IMG/VR virus record: IMGVR_UViG_3300030419_004471
Span: 124,001-188,000 of that record
Strand: one strand, 5' to 3'
DNA length: 64,000 nt
Under the pieces are notes generated by a model. That model was not told the origin of the DNA and searched no databases. It saw nothing but the letters and a program-made list of their open reading frames with translations. Shown here one piece after another: positions 1-8,920 of this stretch. The translations under genes were made by a program, and so were the position numbers. Positions within the stretch are counted from its first letter, which is position 1, and every line of letters starts with the position of its first letter.

Positions 1-1
1 A

Positions 2-391
2 GACACCAATTAATTTAATAGTATTATACTTTATATTTCTTCTTGTAAGTTCGTTATCCCATCTTTTAAAATCTTCTTCTCTTCTATGCTCACCCATAAA
101 ATCTATAACAAATGTATCACATTCTATATCATAAAAAGTTGGATTTTCAGAACTAATCTTATTACCAGTACCAGTACCATCATCTGTCCAGTTTATATTG
201 GGACTACACATTTCTTCTAATTCATATCCATGCACAAAAAACATATCAAACTTTCTATCTAATGTATCTCTTAATACAGATATTGGATAATTTAATCCAA
301 TTCCATTATTACTTTTTAGTAGAAGTGAAATTCGGTGTTTATTTAATGTACCTAATTTTAACTCTTTATTTAATTGAGTAGTGTAGGGCAT
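2..391 (-). CDS. hypothetical protein, 3' end runs off window
   Basis: Hand-translated open frame MPYTTQLNKELKLGTLNKHRISLLL... from ATG at 391, abutting the cysC stop, with no stop before position 1. Confidence 0.7.
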   Translation of the reverse strand, partial: MPYTTQLNKELKLGTLNKHRISLLLKSNNGIGLNYPISVLRDTLDRKFDMFFVHGYELEEMCSPNINWTDDGTGTGNKISSENPTFYDIECDTFVIDFMGEHRREEDFKRWDNELTRRNIKYNTIKLIGV

Positions 392-862
392 TTATAATTT
401 TTCTAATTTGTGTAAGTGATTTATAATTTTAGAAAAAGACATATCGGGAGAATCTTCTGTTGTATCTATATCTATGAAATTTATTTCTGGTGCTTCGTAA
501 TCTTTAGCTCTAAACTTATATCTTTCTCTCTTCTCTGTAGTATGAAGATATATCTCTACGATATCTGAACTTAATTTATCTTTAAATTCTTCTCTTAGTT
601 TTCTAAATGGTGCAACTACTGAAACAACAACATCACATCCATTGTTATGAGCAAATTCTGCTATCATCTGAGCATTGCGGATATTGGTTTCTCTACCTTT
701 ATCTGAATAATCTTTGTTTACCGTTAATTTTCTTAAATCATCTCCGTCAATATGGAAAACATCTCGTCTCCAATTTCTTTTTTCGGTTTTTAAAAATTTG
801 TATAGTTTATTGCCTAACGTAGTCTTACCACTTGAAGGTTGTCCTGTAAACCAGTATATCAT
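392..862 (-). CDS. cysC: adenylyl-sulfate (APS) kinase
   Basis: IYWFTGQPSSGKTT P-loop, IDGDDLR, DYSDKGRETNI, VAPFRKLR and YEAP motifs. Confidence 0.88.
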   Translation of the reverse strand: MIYWFTGQPSSGKTTLGNKLYKFLKTEKRNWRRDVFHIDGDDLRKLTVNKDYSDKGRETNIRNAQMIAEFAHNNGCDVVVSVVAPFRKLREEFKDKLSSDIVEIYLHTTEKRERYKFRAKDYEAPEINFIDIDTTEDSPDMSFSKIINHLHKLEKL

Positions 863-873
863 AGAATTTATTT

Positions 874-1479
874 TTAAGTTATATCTTTTGATTCAATTAA
901 TGTATAAGAAAAAGAATTACCCCAAATACCAGCACCCTTTTTAACTATTTCCATAAAAGAATTAAAATCAGATTCCTTAGAAAATACTTGACAACCAGCT
1001 GACCATTTATCTACTTGTGTAGAACCATTAACTCTTGAACCTGCTTTATGTATATTAATACCAAATATACCTTCGTGTATATTGGATTCTAACAAATCAT
1101 AATTGTCATCTCTATTATTATCTCTATAAACCTTTATTGGTTTAGCTTGTCTTAGTGCTTCATATTTATTTTGATGCAGTCCAATCTTATGTGAACCTCT
1201 ATATTGACCTGGTTTTACAATTGCAACTCCAGCATTACTCATTATATTTTCTGTCCAATAAGAACCAGGGTCTGTTGTACAATCCCAACAATGAAAATTC
1301 CATTTACCATTTAAATCTTTATATGATAAAGTCATTTTATCATCAAACCTATTAGTAACTTTTCCATGCGTTGCTGAATTTCTAACTCCTACGATATTTA
1401 CATCGTATCCTTTGTTACCAGTGAACCACTTATAACCTTTTGATTGAACTGCTTTTTGTATTTGTTGTATTGTGTACAT
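874..1479 (-). CDS. L,D-transpeptidase/YkuD-like peptidoglycan enzyme, candidate endolysin
   Basis: GINIH...WSAGCQV (HxxxxS-x-GC catalytic motif) and TTDPG. Confidence 0.65.
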   Translation of the reverse strand: MYTIQQIQKAVQSKGYKWFTGNKGYDVNIVGVRNSATHGKVTNRFDDKMTLSYKDLNGKWNFHCWDCTTDPGSYWTENIMSNAGVAIVKPGQYRGSHKIGLHQNKYEALRQAKPIKVYRDNNRDDNYDLLESNIHEGIFGINIHKAGSRVNGSTQVDKWSAGCQVFSKESDFNSFMEIVKKGAGIWGNSFSYTLIESKDIT

Positions 1480-1500
1480 ATTCCTTGTATTTAGTTGTTA

Positions 1501-2058
1501 TTAATTTAGTAAATATCCATAAGGAGTTGCTGATATATCTTGTCCTATTGGATAGTATTCCAATTTCATTGATACAGTCATAGTTCTTTGAATGTATGGA
1601 TTAAAGAATTCTCCAGCAGCTTCTAAAGAAATTAAACCACTATGAGATTGACCTGCATCATAAACAATGACTTCATTCCAAACAATATATTCTTGGTCAC
1701 CTGGTATTTCTACTCCAGCATATTTGTTATCTGGATTTTCCCAAGTGTATGTACCAAGATCTAATAGTTCTCCATCATCGTTTGCATCTGAATCTAAACA
1801 ATACAATGCAAAGTGTTGTCTATCTAATCTTGGGTCACCTTCATCTATTTGAAGATACAGAATAAATATCTTTTTAAGTTTTTGGTCTACCCATTTTTCT
1901 CCAGCAAATGTAGTGATAACTGAATATCTTTCACTTGGGTCAAATGTTTCACCATCTAAAGTCATTTCGAATTTAGGTAGAAGTATCTCTTCTTCTTCCT
2001 TTTTACAACTGACAGTTAGTAGTACAATTCCTAATAATATCAATAATAATTTTTTCAT
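1501..2058 (-). CDS. lipoprotein, hypothetical
   Basis: MKKLLLILLGIVLLTVSC lipobox followed by KKEEEE, resembling a Bacteroidota lipoprotein export signal. Confidence 0.7.
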   Translation of the reverse strand: MKKLLLILLGIVLLTVSCKKEEEEILLPKFEMTLDGETFDPSERYSVITTFAGEKWVDQKLKKIFILYLQIDEGDPRLDRQHFALYCLDSDANDDGELLDLGTYTWENPDNKYAGVEIPGDQEYIVWNEVIVYDAGQSHSGLISLEAAGEFFNPYIQRTMTVSMKLEYYPIGQDISATPYGYLLN

Positions 2059-2059
2059 T

Positions 2060-2311
2060 TTAGTTACCACCTCTCCTCTTCTTTAATCTTTCTCTTCTTT
2101 GTTTCTGAATTTTTTCCCACTCCTCTTTGGTGTAAACCTTTATAGTTTTAGTGTTGTTACACTTATTAATAGTAGTAACAGTAACTTTTTCTTTTTCTAC
2201 TATCTTAGTGTGTATGCATTTATTTGCAGTTTGTGCTGTTCTTTGTCCTCTTTGTTGAGCGTTAGCTGTTAAGGAAAATAGAACTAATAATGTTATTAAT
2301 AAATTTTTCAT
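2060..2311 (-). CDS. small secreted basic protein
   Basis: Sec signal ending ANA|Q; two Cys. Confidence 0.6.
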   Translation of the reverse strand: MKNLLITLLVLFSLTANAQQRGQRTAQTANKCIHTKIVEKEKVTVTTINKCNNTKTIKVYTKEEWEKIQKQRRERLKKRRGGN

Positions 2312-2329
2312 AATTTTTTCTCTTTAATT

Positions 2330-3580
2330 TTATCTTGTGATTCCCTTACCGTAATCTGATTTTCTGTAATCCCTCACTCTGTATGGAATCTGATGCGATT
2401 TCCAATAGTGATTTAATGTATTTACCAAGTCTTTTACAACTGTTTTAAGTTTTTCTTTCTTTTGGTCGGTTGTGGTATCAAACATTCCTTTAGGTATCAT
2501 TCCTTTAATATAATTTTTTATTGGAAATATACCTACTTCGTTTACTGATTCGTTTGTTCTGTAAACTTGTCTTACAACTTTTCTATTTTTTAATAAATCA
2601 ATATAAACATCTAAACCCTTTCTTTCCATATCCTTTTTGAATTTGGAAAATAACTTATCATTATATTGAGAATCTCTTACTGTCTTAACAACTTTATTAC
2701 CTTTAGTTGCATATGCTACATATTGTTCATTCTCGTTTACTGATTCATAAATACCAATATTTATATTACCTGGTTCGAATTTAACTAATTTAGCTCCCAT
2801 TTCTTTACCAAACTTTTCCCATGCATCTTTATTTTTCATATAAGATGACATTCTTACTTCAAATCCTTTTCCTTTTTTAGTAATCTTTTTTAATGCTTTT
2901 GGTGAAATACCAACTTTATCCAATGCATTTATAATATCATATTTAAAATCTTTAATATTCCCTCTGTATCTTTCATTCATATTATCTTTTTTATAATCAT
3001 CATAGTTTTTCTTTGATAATTTTTGGCCACTTTCATTAAACATAGTACCAGTTTTCCAACTACCAGTGTGTTTTTTTAATACATTGTAAATCTTATGTAT
3101 CTCTGCATCATTATCATGCCCATGTCCTAATTCTATACTTAATTCACCTTTAGTGACAGGATGTTTACTGATGTAAACTCTTATTTTTCTGTTAATCTTT
3201 CTAACATCATTTTGGATTTTCAATAATTGTTTTGGAGTTACCTCAGGTTTCTTAGCGAATTTATTTTCTTCTATATCAGGTTGACCAGAATACTTTTTTT
3301 TCTTACCTAAGTTATTATCATCATCGTGGTCTCTCTTCTTAGCTCTAGTTTGAACGTGATAAAATGCGTATTCTTTTTTTAGTCTGTTAAGTATTTCTTG
3401 TTTTACTTTTTTTGGAAGTCCTTTATGTTTGGTTGATGCGTAGTCCTTTGCATCCTTTTTACTCATAGATTTAGCTGCATCTTTTACATCTTGAGATACA
3501 TCAGATGGTTTGATATCACCTTTTTTTAATCCGTGAACCATACCCATAAACTTTTGCTGTGCTATACTTTTACTTGGCAT
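2330..3580 (-). CDS. multi-module protein with N-terminal DUF3008-like domain; likely internal head protein
   Basis: MPSKSIAQQKFMGMVH...YASTKHKGLP is DUF3008-like; modules separated by (E)SVNE/xNE; late motif upstream. Confidence 0.6.
   Translation of the reverse strand: MPSKSIAQQKFMGMVHGLKKGDIKPSDVSQDVKDAAKSMSKKDAKDYASTKHKGLPKKVKQEILNRLKKEYAFYHVQTRAKKRDHDDDNNLGKKKKYSGQPDIEENKFAKKPEVTPKQLLKIQNDVRKINRKIRVYISKHPVTKGELSIELGHGHDNDAEIHKIYNVLKKHTGSWKTGTMFNESGQKLSKKNYDDYKKDNMNERYRGNIKDFKYDIINALDKVGISPKALKKITKKGKGFEVRMSSYMKNKDAWEKFGKEMGAKLVKFEPGNINIGIYESVNENEQYVAYATKGNKVVKTVRDSQYNDKLFSKFKKDMERKGLDVYIDLLKNRKVVRQVYRTNESVNEVGIFPIKNYIKGMIPKGMFDTTTDQKKEKLKTVVKDLVNTLNHYWKSHQIPYRVRDYRKSDYGKGITR
2538..2746. 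repeat. 14-bp direct repeat tcgtttactgattc (2538-2551, 2733-2746) encoding ESVNE
   Basis: Exact match seen in sequence. Confidence 0.8.
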
Positions 3581-3596
3581 AATAATTTCCTTCCAC

Positions 3597-3604
3597 TATA
3601 AATA
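3597..3604 (-). promoter_or_regulatory. putative late promoter TATTTATA
   Basis: + strand tataaata, 16 nt upstream of the 3580 start; recurrent motif. Confidence 0.6.
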
Positions 3605-3631
3605 TAAAGAATGTGAAGAAAATGTATATAT

Positions 3632-4684
3632 TTAGTTATTTATGCCACCTCTTGAAGAACCTCCAGAACTTCCTCCACTTGATACTCCACCGCTTGAACC
3701 TCGTGATGAACCTCCACTACTAACACCACTTGAACTTCCTCTACTAAAATTATTTGAACTTCCTCTACTGAAAGAATTAGAAGAGTTATTGATATTTGGA
3801 ATGGATGGTCTGGAGTTAATAGTGTTATTCCAATTATTAACTGGTCTACTATTATTGTTATTATTGTTAATAGGAACTACTGGTCTACCATTATTATATC
3901 TAATAACATTATTATTAGGTACATTATTTGGATTATTATAAACTCTAACATCATTAAACCTATCTCTTAATCTATCAACAATATTATCAATAACATTATT
4001 ATTATTGTTATTATTGTTATTTACATTATTTCTTGGTTTGTTATATCTTGTACTGATTAGGTTTTCTATATTACTATTACCATTATCTATAAATCTACTT
4101 CCTCTTCCTCCTCTAACATATGCAATATTTGTATTTTCTCTACTAGAATTCCAAATTACATTGTACCCTGGATTACCCCAAGGCCCATTGTACCAATTGT
4201 TCCATGGTCTGTAAGGTCTGTGCCAATTCCAAGCCCATCCATAATTCCAATTGTTCCATCCCCAATTATTATATCCCCATCCATAATTAAAGAATGGATA
4301 GTTAAATGCCCAATCATTCCAAAATTGATATCTATTCCAATAAACATCAAATGCTGTATATGGTCTCCAATAGCTAAAACTGTAGTTAGATGTGTACCAA
4401 CTATAAGGTTGGTCCATAGCATATTGTGCAAAATCCCATCTGAATCTTGAATCTGTTCTTAGTTTCCATCTTAATTGAGAATAAGATAAGGTATCTATTT
4501 TTACATCACTTGGTACTTCTAATGCTACTTCATGCGGCCCATATAATGGGTCGTGATACATAGTTGATAATTTAAATGATGCACATCCTGTAAATAAATT
4601 TAGTATAATCAATCCAGCTATTACACCAAGTACCTTAGCTATTGCATCAGCGTAACGTGTTGATTTTTTCTCTGATTGTGTCAT
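3632..4684 (-). CDS. lipoprotein with W/Y/N/G-rich and N/S/G-rich low-complexity tail
   Basis: LFTGC lipobox; GWGYNNWGWNNW segment; poly-N runs; RGSS repeats. Confidence 0.7.
   Translation of the reverse strand: MTQSEKKSTRYADAIAKVLGVIAGLIILNLFTGCASFKLSTMYHDPLYGPHEVALEVPSDVKIDTLSYSQLRWKLRTDSRFRWDFAQYAMDQPYSWYTSNYSFSYWRPYTAFDVYWNRYQFWNDWAFNYPFFNYGWGYNNWGWNNWNYGWAWNWHRPYRPWNNWYNGPWGNPGYNVIWNSSRENTNIAYVRGGRGSRFIDNGNSNIENLISTRYNKPRNNVNNNNNNNNNVIDNIVDRLRDRFNDVRVYNNPNNVPNNNVIRYNNGRPVVPINNNNNNSRPVNNWNNTINSRPSIPNINNSSNSFSRGSSNNFSRGSSSGVSSGGSSRGSSGGVSSGGSSGGSSRGGINN
3730..3769. repeat. 16-bp direct repeat ttgaacttcctctact (encodes SRGSS)
   Basis: Copies at 3730-3745 and 3754-3769. Confidence 0.75.
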
Positions 4685-4922
4685 TTAGTACCTCCTTTTC
4701 CAATTCGTTAATTCTATTTAAAATTTTTGAAATATCTTCACGAGTAGTTTTTATTGTACTCCTAATCTCTTTCCATTCTTTAATAGTATTTGTTGTATCT
4801 TTATCTATTTCTGATAAACTTACACTTTTCGTAGTATCGTTATTTGTTTGATTCTCTTCTTTAATAACATCACTACAGGACAATCCTAACATTGTTAGTA
4901 GTCCCAGTAAAAAACATTTCAT
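4647..4922 (-). CDS. small coiled-coil lipoprotein (possible o-spanin-like)
   Basis: LGLSC lipobox; heptad-rich C-terminus. Confidence 0.5.
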   Translation of the reverse strand: MKCFLLGLLTMLGLSCSDVIKEENQTNNDTTKSVSLSEIDKDTTNTIKEWKEIRSTIKTTREDISKILNRINELEKEVLNDTIREKINTLR

Positions 4923-4939
4923 ATAATCTAATCTTTACC

Positions 4940-4947
4940 TATAAATA
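4940..4947 (-). promoter_or_regulatory. putative late promoter TATTTATA
   Basis: Motif 17 nt upstream of 4922. Confidence 0.6.
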
Positions 4948-4954
4948 TAAGATT

Positions 4955-5485
4955 TTAGTGTTTTATGTGTTGTACTCTCCACTTTACATCCTTATTTCGT
5001 AGCATTCTTTTAGTAACATCTACATTCTTTTTAGAATCATCTGCGAAGTAAACATCATCATAGCCCTCATTATCAATCTTATCTTCAATCCAATCAGCTT
5101 TATCCTTTGGATTATTAGATGCTAATGCGGTTACATAAATCTTACTCATATTAATACCAATATCTTTGAGGTATTGTCTAATTGGTTTGTATGCAGCTCG
5201 TGCGGTTAGAATGTAAACTCCATCACCTCCACTACTACTAACAATTCTTCGTAGAACCGAAGTTATCTTTTTTATCTCGTTTGGATTCTGAACCTTTTCA
5301 AAATCTTTAAAATCAAATTCATCACCTGGTTTCTCTTTGTACACTGCGTATTGACCTGGTGTTAGTTTTCTTGTCTTACCTTTATTGGTAACATAAATAT
5401 ATGATGTGGTCTTTACCAGAGTATCATCAAAATCAAATACTCTGAGTTTTTTTGATTCCACAAATAAACTTCTTAATAATACCAT
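4955..5485 (-). CDS. HAD-superfamily phosphatase
   Basis: VFDFDDTL motif I, ILTAR motif II, K, YFADD motif IV. Confidence 0.8.
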   Translation of the reverse strand: MVLLRSLFVESKKLRVFDFDDTLVKTTSYIYVTNKGKTRKLTPGQYAVYKEKPGDEFDFKDFEKVQNPNEIKKITSVLRRIVSSSGGDGVYILTARAAYKPIRQYLKDIGINMSKIYVTALASNNPKDKADWIEDKIDNEGYDDVYFADDSKKNVDVTKRMLRNKDVKWRVQHIKH

Positions 5486-5489
5486 ATAC

Positions 5490-5497
5490 TATAAATA
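5490..5497 (-). promoter_or_regulatory. putative late promoter TATTTATA
   Basis: Motif 4 nt upstream of ATG at 5485. Confidence 0.6.
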
Positions 5498-5499
5498 TA

Positions 5500-5889
5500 T
5501 TACATAAATAGTTTGTAATTCTTTTCTTCGTTAACTGCTTCTATTTCATATGGATGAGTAGTATAATCATGTCCATATTTATCATAATATCTTTTAAACC
5601 AAGTAGGTGATTGTAAGTAGTGAACGTATTCGTGGATAAGAGTTTGAATAATCATTTTTCTACTTTTCATCTGAGGATAGTAAACACTAATCTCATTCAA
5701 CATTGAACAATACTCAGCGTGACATTTATCTTCTTCACCTTGAGCACCATCTTCACCACTATATTTTTCGTAGATGTTTTTGTGAAGTTCTATATAAGGA
5801 GTACATTCTTGGAATTTAGAGAACCCATAGTGCTTCTCAATCTTAGGATAAACTTCATCGATGATTTTTAACACTTTATCTTTAGTCAT
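5500..5889 (-). CDS. zincin (HExxH) metallopeptidase-like protein
   Basis: TLIHEYVHYLQ...HPYEIEA. Confidence 0.75.
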   Translation of the reverse strand: MTKDKVLKIIDEVYPKIEKHYGFSKFQECTPYIELHKNIYEKYSGEDGAQGEEDKCHAEYCSMLNEISVYYPQMKSRKMIIQTLIHEYVHYLQSPTWFKRYYDKYGHDYTTHPYEIEAVNEEKNYKLFM

Positions 5890-5905
5890 AACAATTATTT
5901 ACATA

Positions 5906-5938
5906 GTAAATATACGAAAAAAAATTGAATTATCCAAG
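5906..5938 (-). promoter_or_regulatory. Bacteroidota-type early promoter (TTGGA...CGTATATTTA)
   Basis: One of eight conserved two-box intergenic copies. Confidence 0.7.
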
Positions 5939-5957
5939 GATTTTGGTGGATTTTTTA

Positions 5958-6575
5958 CTATATTTCTAAGAAATTTGATAAATATCCAGCTATTCTACCT
6001 GCTTTTATTTGGAAATGTTCCCATTCATTTTTTGTCATTTTGTGCTTACGTTTTACATAATCACATCCTAAACATCCTATGAATTTTTCATCTAATGTGA
6101 ATAGAGGAATAACATAAGAAGATTTATCACCAGCAGCAATTCCTGCTTCTCTTAAACCATATGTTTTCCACTTTGAATCTTTGTAATCTGGTATAAAGAT
6201 ACCATTTTTCTTACCAAGATGATTAAATGCATGTGGGTAAAGTGATACGGGAATGTTATTGAATATATTTGCTACTGAAGAAATACCTCTATTTGCTGCT
6301 TCATAGAAGATTGAAAACTTTTGAATTGATTTACCTGTTGGATAATAATTACCACCATTGTGAAACTGAGTAATCCATACTCTACATCCTTTAAATTCTT
6401 CTCTTATCTCTTCAATTTCATCTTGAATTAGATTAGAATCCAACATTACCTGTTTGATTGTATCTTTCTTTTTTGCTAATTGTTTCTTTTGGTGATTTGT
6501 AATTATCAGGTATAATATCGGTCCTACCACACCTGTGATGAATGCCCCAATAAGCTCTATAAGTCCACTTTCCAT
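5958..6575 (-). CDS. single-TM protein with GAF-like domain; possible T4 T-like holin
   Basis: N-terminal TM helix; RVWITQFHNGG...SYVIPL...FIGCLGCDY GAF-like pattern. Confidence 0.5.
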   Translation of the reverse strand: MESGLIELIGAFITGVVGPILYLIITNHQKKQLAKKKDTIKQVMLDSNLIQDEIEEIREEFKGCRVWITQFHNGGNYYPTGKSIQKFSIFYEAANRGISSVANIFNNIPVSLYPHAFNHLGKKNGIFIPDYKDSKWKTYGLREAGIAAGDKSSYVIPLFTLDEKFIGCLGCDYVKRKHKMTKNEWEHFQIKAGRIAGYLSNFLEI

Positions 6576-6579
6576 TCTA

Positions 6580-6855
6580 CTAATCTTTTACTTTTAATTC
6601 TGCGTTTTTATATAATCCTGCTACCTTATCGTCCAACTCTTTAGTATATTTTTTCTTTAACGTAGTTAATTTAAGTAATTTTTGCTTAGATTTCTCAGCT
6701 TTCTTAGGGTCTTTATCTTTATATTTTAAATAAATCTGAACTTCAGCTTTCATAGTATCAACAACTTTACCTAAATCTTTAGATATTGTTTTAACACCTC
6801 TGGCTTCTTTTATTACAAATTCTCTTATTTTGTTTATTAGTTCAGAATTATTCAT
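6580..6855 (-). CDS. hypothetical helical protein
   Basis: Intact ORF from MNNSEL; IREFVIKE leader. Confidence 0.6.
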   Translation of the reverse strand: MNNSELINKIREFVIKEARGVKTISKDLGKVVDTMKAEVQIYLKYKDKDPKKAEKSKQKLLKLTTLKKKYTKELDDKVAGLYKNAELKVKD

Positions 6856-6856
6856 T

Positions 6857-7264
6857 TTAAAATTGTCCTGCTTTCTTAACATCTTCTATTGCTTCTTGTA
6901 ACTCATCTAATGTAACAGGACATTCTAAATCTAATCCTGCTTTAAAACTTTCTTCGTTGATACCATCTTTAAAAATTATTAAAGTTGGTGCCATTCGAAT
7001 TCTATATTCTTTTTTAGCCTTTGGAGCTTTAGCTATATCAACTCTGTAATACTTAACTCCATCTATCTTATCCCAATCAGCGAATGCATTTGCTTCATTA
7101 AATTTAGCCCAAAACTCTACAACTACTATATTTGCCTCATCATCTCCAAACGCTTCCTTATGGTTTATCTTATCTTCAAAATTTGAATCATCAATAAATT
7201 CTTGGCCGAAACTATTAAATCCGCAAACTAAAGATAAGATAAATATGAATAAAAATTTTCTCAT
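6857..7264 (-). CDS. secreted thioredoxin-fold protein lacking CxxC
   Basis: Signal peptide; VVVEFWAKFN where WxxWCxxC is expected; cis-Pro loop MAPTLIIFKDG. Confidence 0.7.
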   Translation of the reverse strand: MRKFLFIFILSLVCGFNSFGQEFIDDSNFEDKINHKEAFGDDEANIVVVEFWAKFNEANAFADWDKIDGVKYYRVDIAKAPKAKKEYRIRMAPTLIIFKDGINEESFKAGLDLECPVTLDELQEAIEDVKKAGQF

Positions 7265-7274
7265 ATTTGTCCTA

Positions 7275-7607
7275 TCAGTTATTTTTTTGTATTTCATATA
7301 AACGCTCATCGATTTTATCTAACTTTTCCTTAATCTCATCAACATCATCTTGAGTGTCCATAATAGTTTGGCGAATCAGCTCATCCTTCATATCAAACTC
7401 CATTCTTTCGATAACAGGTGTTGGTAACTCTTTCGCCTCTTGAATGTCAGCTTGTAGGGAATACCACATACCAATTAATGTAGCTAGTCCTACAACTACC
7501 ATTCCTATAGTTTTTAAACTTATCGAGAAATCAGATTTTCCATCCCCATCAATATCAATTCCCATTGATGTATCTTCACCTAATTCTCTAGTACCTTTTC
7601 TTGCCAT
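7275..7607 (-). CDS. single-TM coiled-coil protein
   Basis: TM IGMVVVGLATLIGMWY; C-terminal heptads; DIDGDGKSD Ca-loop-like motif. Confidence 0.65.
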   Translation of the reverse strand: MARKGTRELGEDTSMGIDIDGDGKSDFSISLKTIGMVVVGLATLIGMWYSLQADIQEAKELPTPVIERMEFDMKDELIRQTIMDTQDDVDEIKEKLDKIDERLYEIQKNN

Positions 7608-7627
7608 AATCTTCTTTCTTTAGTCTA

Positions 7628-8857
7628 TTATCTAAATGTATAGTTTATTCCAAATGTTGAATTAAAGAATTTAGTATCCCACATTTTATTGTATTCACCT
7701 TCAGCAAAAACTCCTAAATTCTTACCTATTTTCCAACCAAAGTTGATACCAAATTGATAATCTTCCCATTGTTCACCTTCTGCATCTTGTACCAATCCAC
7801 CTTTACCCCAATTGTTTCTGTTTAAGTAAGAGAAATCTTCATCTCCTTTAACATATTTGTGATATCCTGGTAGATAGTTTGCGTATCCGTGAAACCAAAA
7901 GTTATTCTTATAATGATAGAAATCAGCTCCTAAGATTGGTGATACAACACCGAATGGGTCTATACTATCCCAAATTTCATTATTATATCTGTTAATAAGG
8001 TCTCTGAATACTGTGTTTCTAAAATCTAAATCTGAATGTGCTACGATATTTCCTTGTTCATCTCTCCAAATCCAATCAAATCTTTCATTACCAGTTTCTA
8101 AATCAGTATAAGTTGTTGCGTGGTCTGTGTATCCATACTCGTATCCTAAAGAGTACCAAGGATTAGCTGGATATTCTTCCCCATCAATTATTTGAATTTC
8201 ATTTAACCAAATTTCAATCGGGTTATATCCATATGCTCTAGTGTGAGTTCTATATATTGCTCCAGCTGATAAACTAAATTTCTTACCAATTGGTAATCTA
8301 GCTCTTACTTCTGCTGATTTATATTCGAAATCAAATGCACCTTGGCTTCTTGATTCTAACTTAACAATATGATTTTTACCTGTGTGTCTAATAAAATACC
8401 TAAAGTTATTCCATTCTTCACCTCTAAGTCTTTCCTTTTCAAAGTGAAATAAATATTCAAATCCTTGAACTGCTGATGTTGGTGCGGATAATGCTTGTTG
8501 ACTTTCTCTGTATTGATTACCTGTCCAGAAGTTACCTGGTTTTCTTTCGTATTGAAATCTTCCTAGTTTACGGATACCTATTCCATATCTGTAATCAAAT
8601 GGATAATATTCTGTTACTTCTATAACTCTTGGTATAGCGTACAAATCTCCATCAGCTGGTCTTTCTACAAAGAAATCTTTTCTTGAGTTTTCATATGCAT
8701 TTCTGATATCACCGGCTGCATAAATTGTTCCGTATTTTAAGAAGTCATTATAGAACTCTTTAAATATATTCTTTTTTACTTTCGTTTCTTCTATTTCTTG
8801 GGCATTAACATTAAATGAAAGTAATAAACTTAACATTAATAATAGTAAATTTCTCAT
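7628..8857 (-). CDS. outer-membrane beta-barrel protein
   Basis: Signal peptide; alternating amphipathic strands; C-terminal FGINYTFR beta-signal. Confidence 0.7.
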   Translation of the reverse strand: MRNLLLLMLSLLLSFNVNAQEIEETKVKKNIFKEFYNDFLKYGTIYAAGDIRNAYENSRKDFFVERPADGDLYAIPRVIEVTEYYPFDYRYGIGIRKLGRFQYERKPGNFWTGNQYRESQQALSAPTSAVQGFEYLFHFEKERLRGEEWNNFRYFIRHTGKNHIVKLESRSQGAFDFEYKSAEVRARLPIGKKFSLSAGAIYRTHTRAYGYNPIEIWLNEIQIIDGEEYPANPWYSLGYEYGYTDHATTYTDLETGNERFDWIWRDEQGNIVAHSDLDFRNTVFRDLINRYNNEIWDSIDPFGVVSPILGADFYHYKNNFWFHGYANYLPGYHKYVKGDEDFSYLNRNNWGKGGLVQDAEGEQWEDYQFGINFGWKIGKNLGVFAEGEYNKMWDTKFFNSTFGINYTFR

Positions 8858-8891
8858 TTTTTCTCCCTAATTTTATAAGGTTATATTTGTA

Positions 8892-8899
8892 TATAAGTA
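8892..8899 (-). promoter_or_regulatory. putative late promoter variant TACTTATA
   Basis: + strand tataagta upstream of 8857. Confidence 0.5.
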
Positions 8900-8920
8900 T
8901 TAAAAAATAACCAAATCGTG

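Noticed and set aside
4156-4431. Alternative-frame minus-strand ORF inside the N/W-rich lipoprotein
   Set aside because: Explained by repetitive TGG/AAT codons; no codon anomaly
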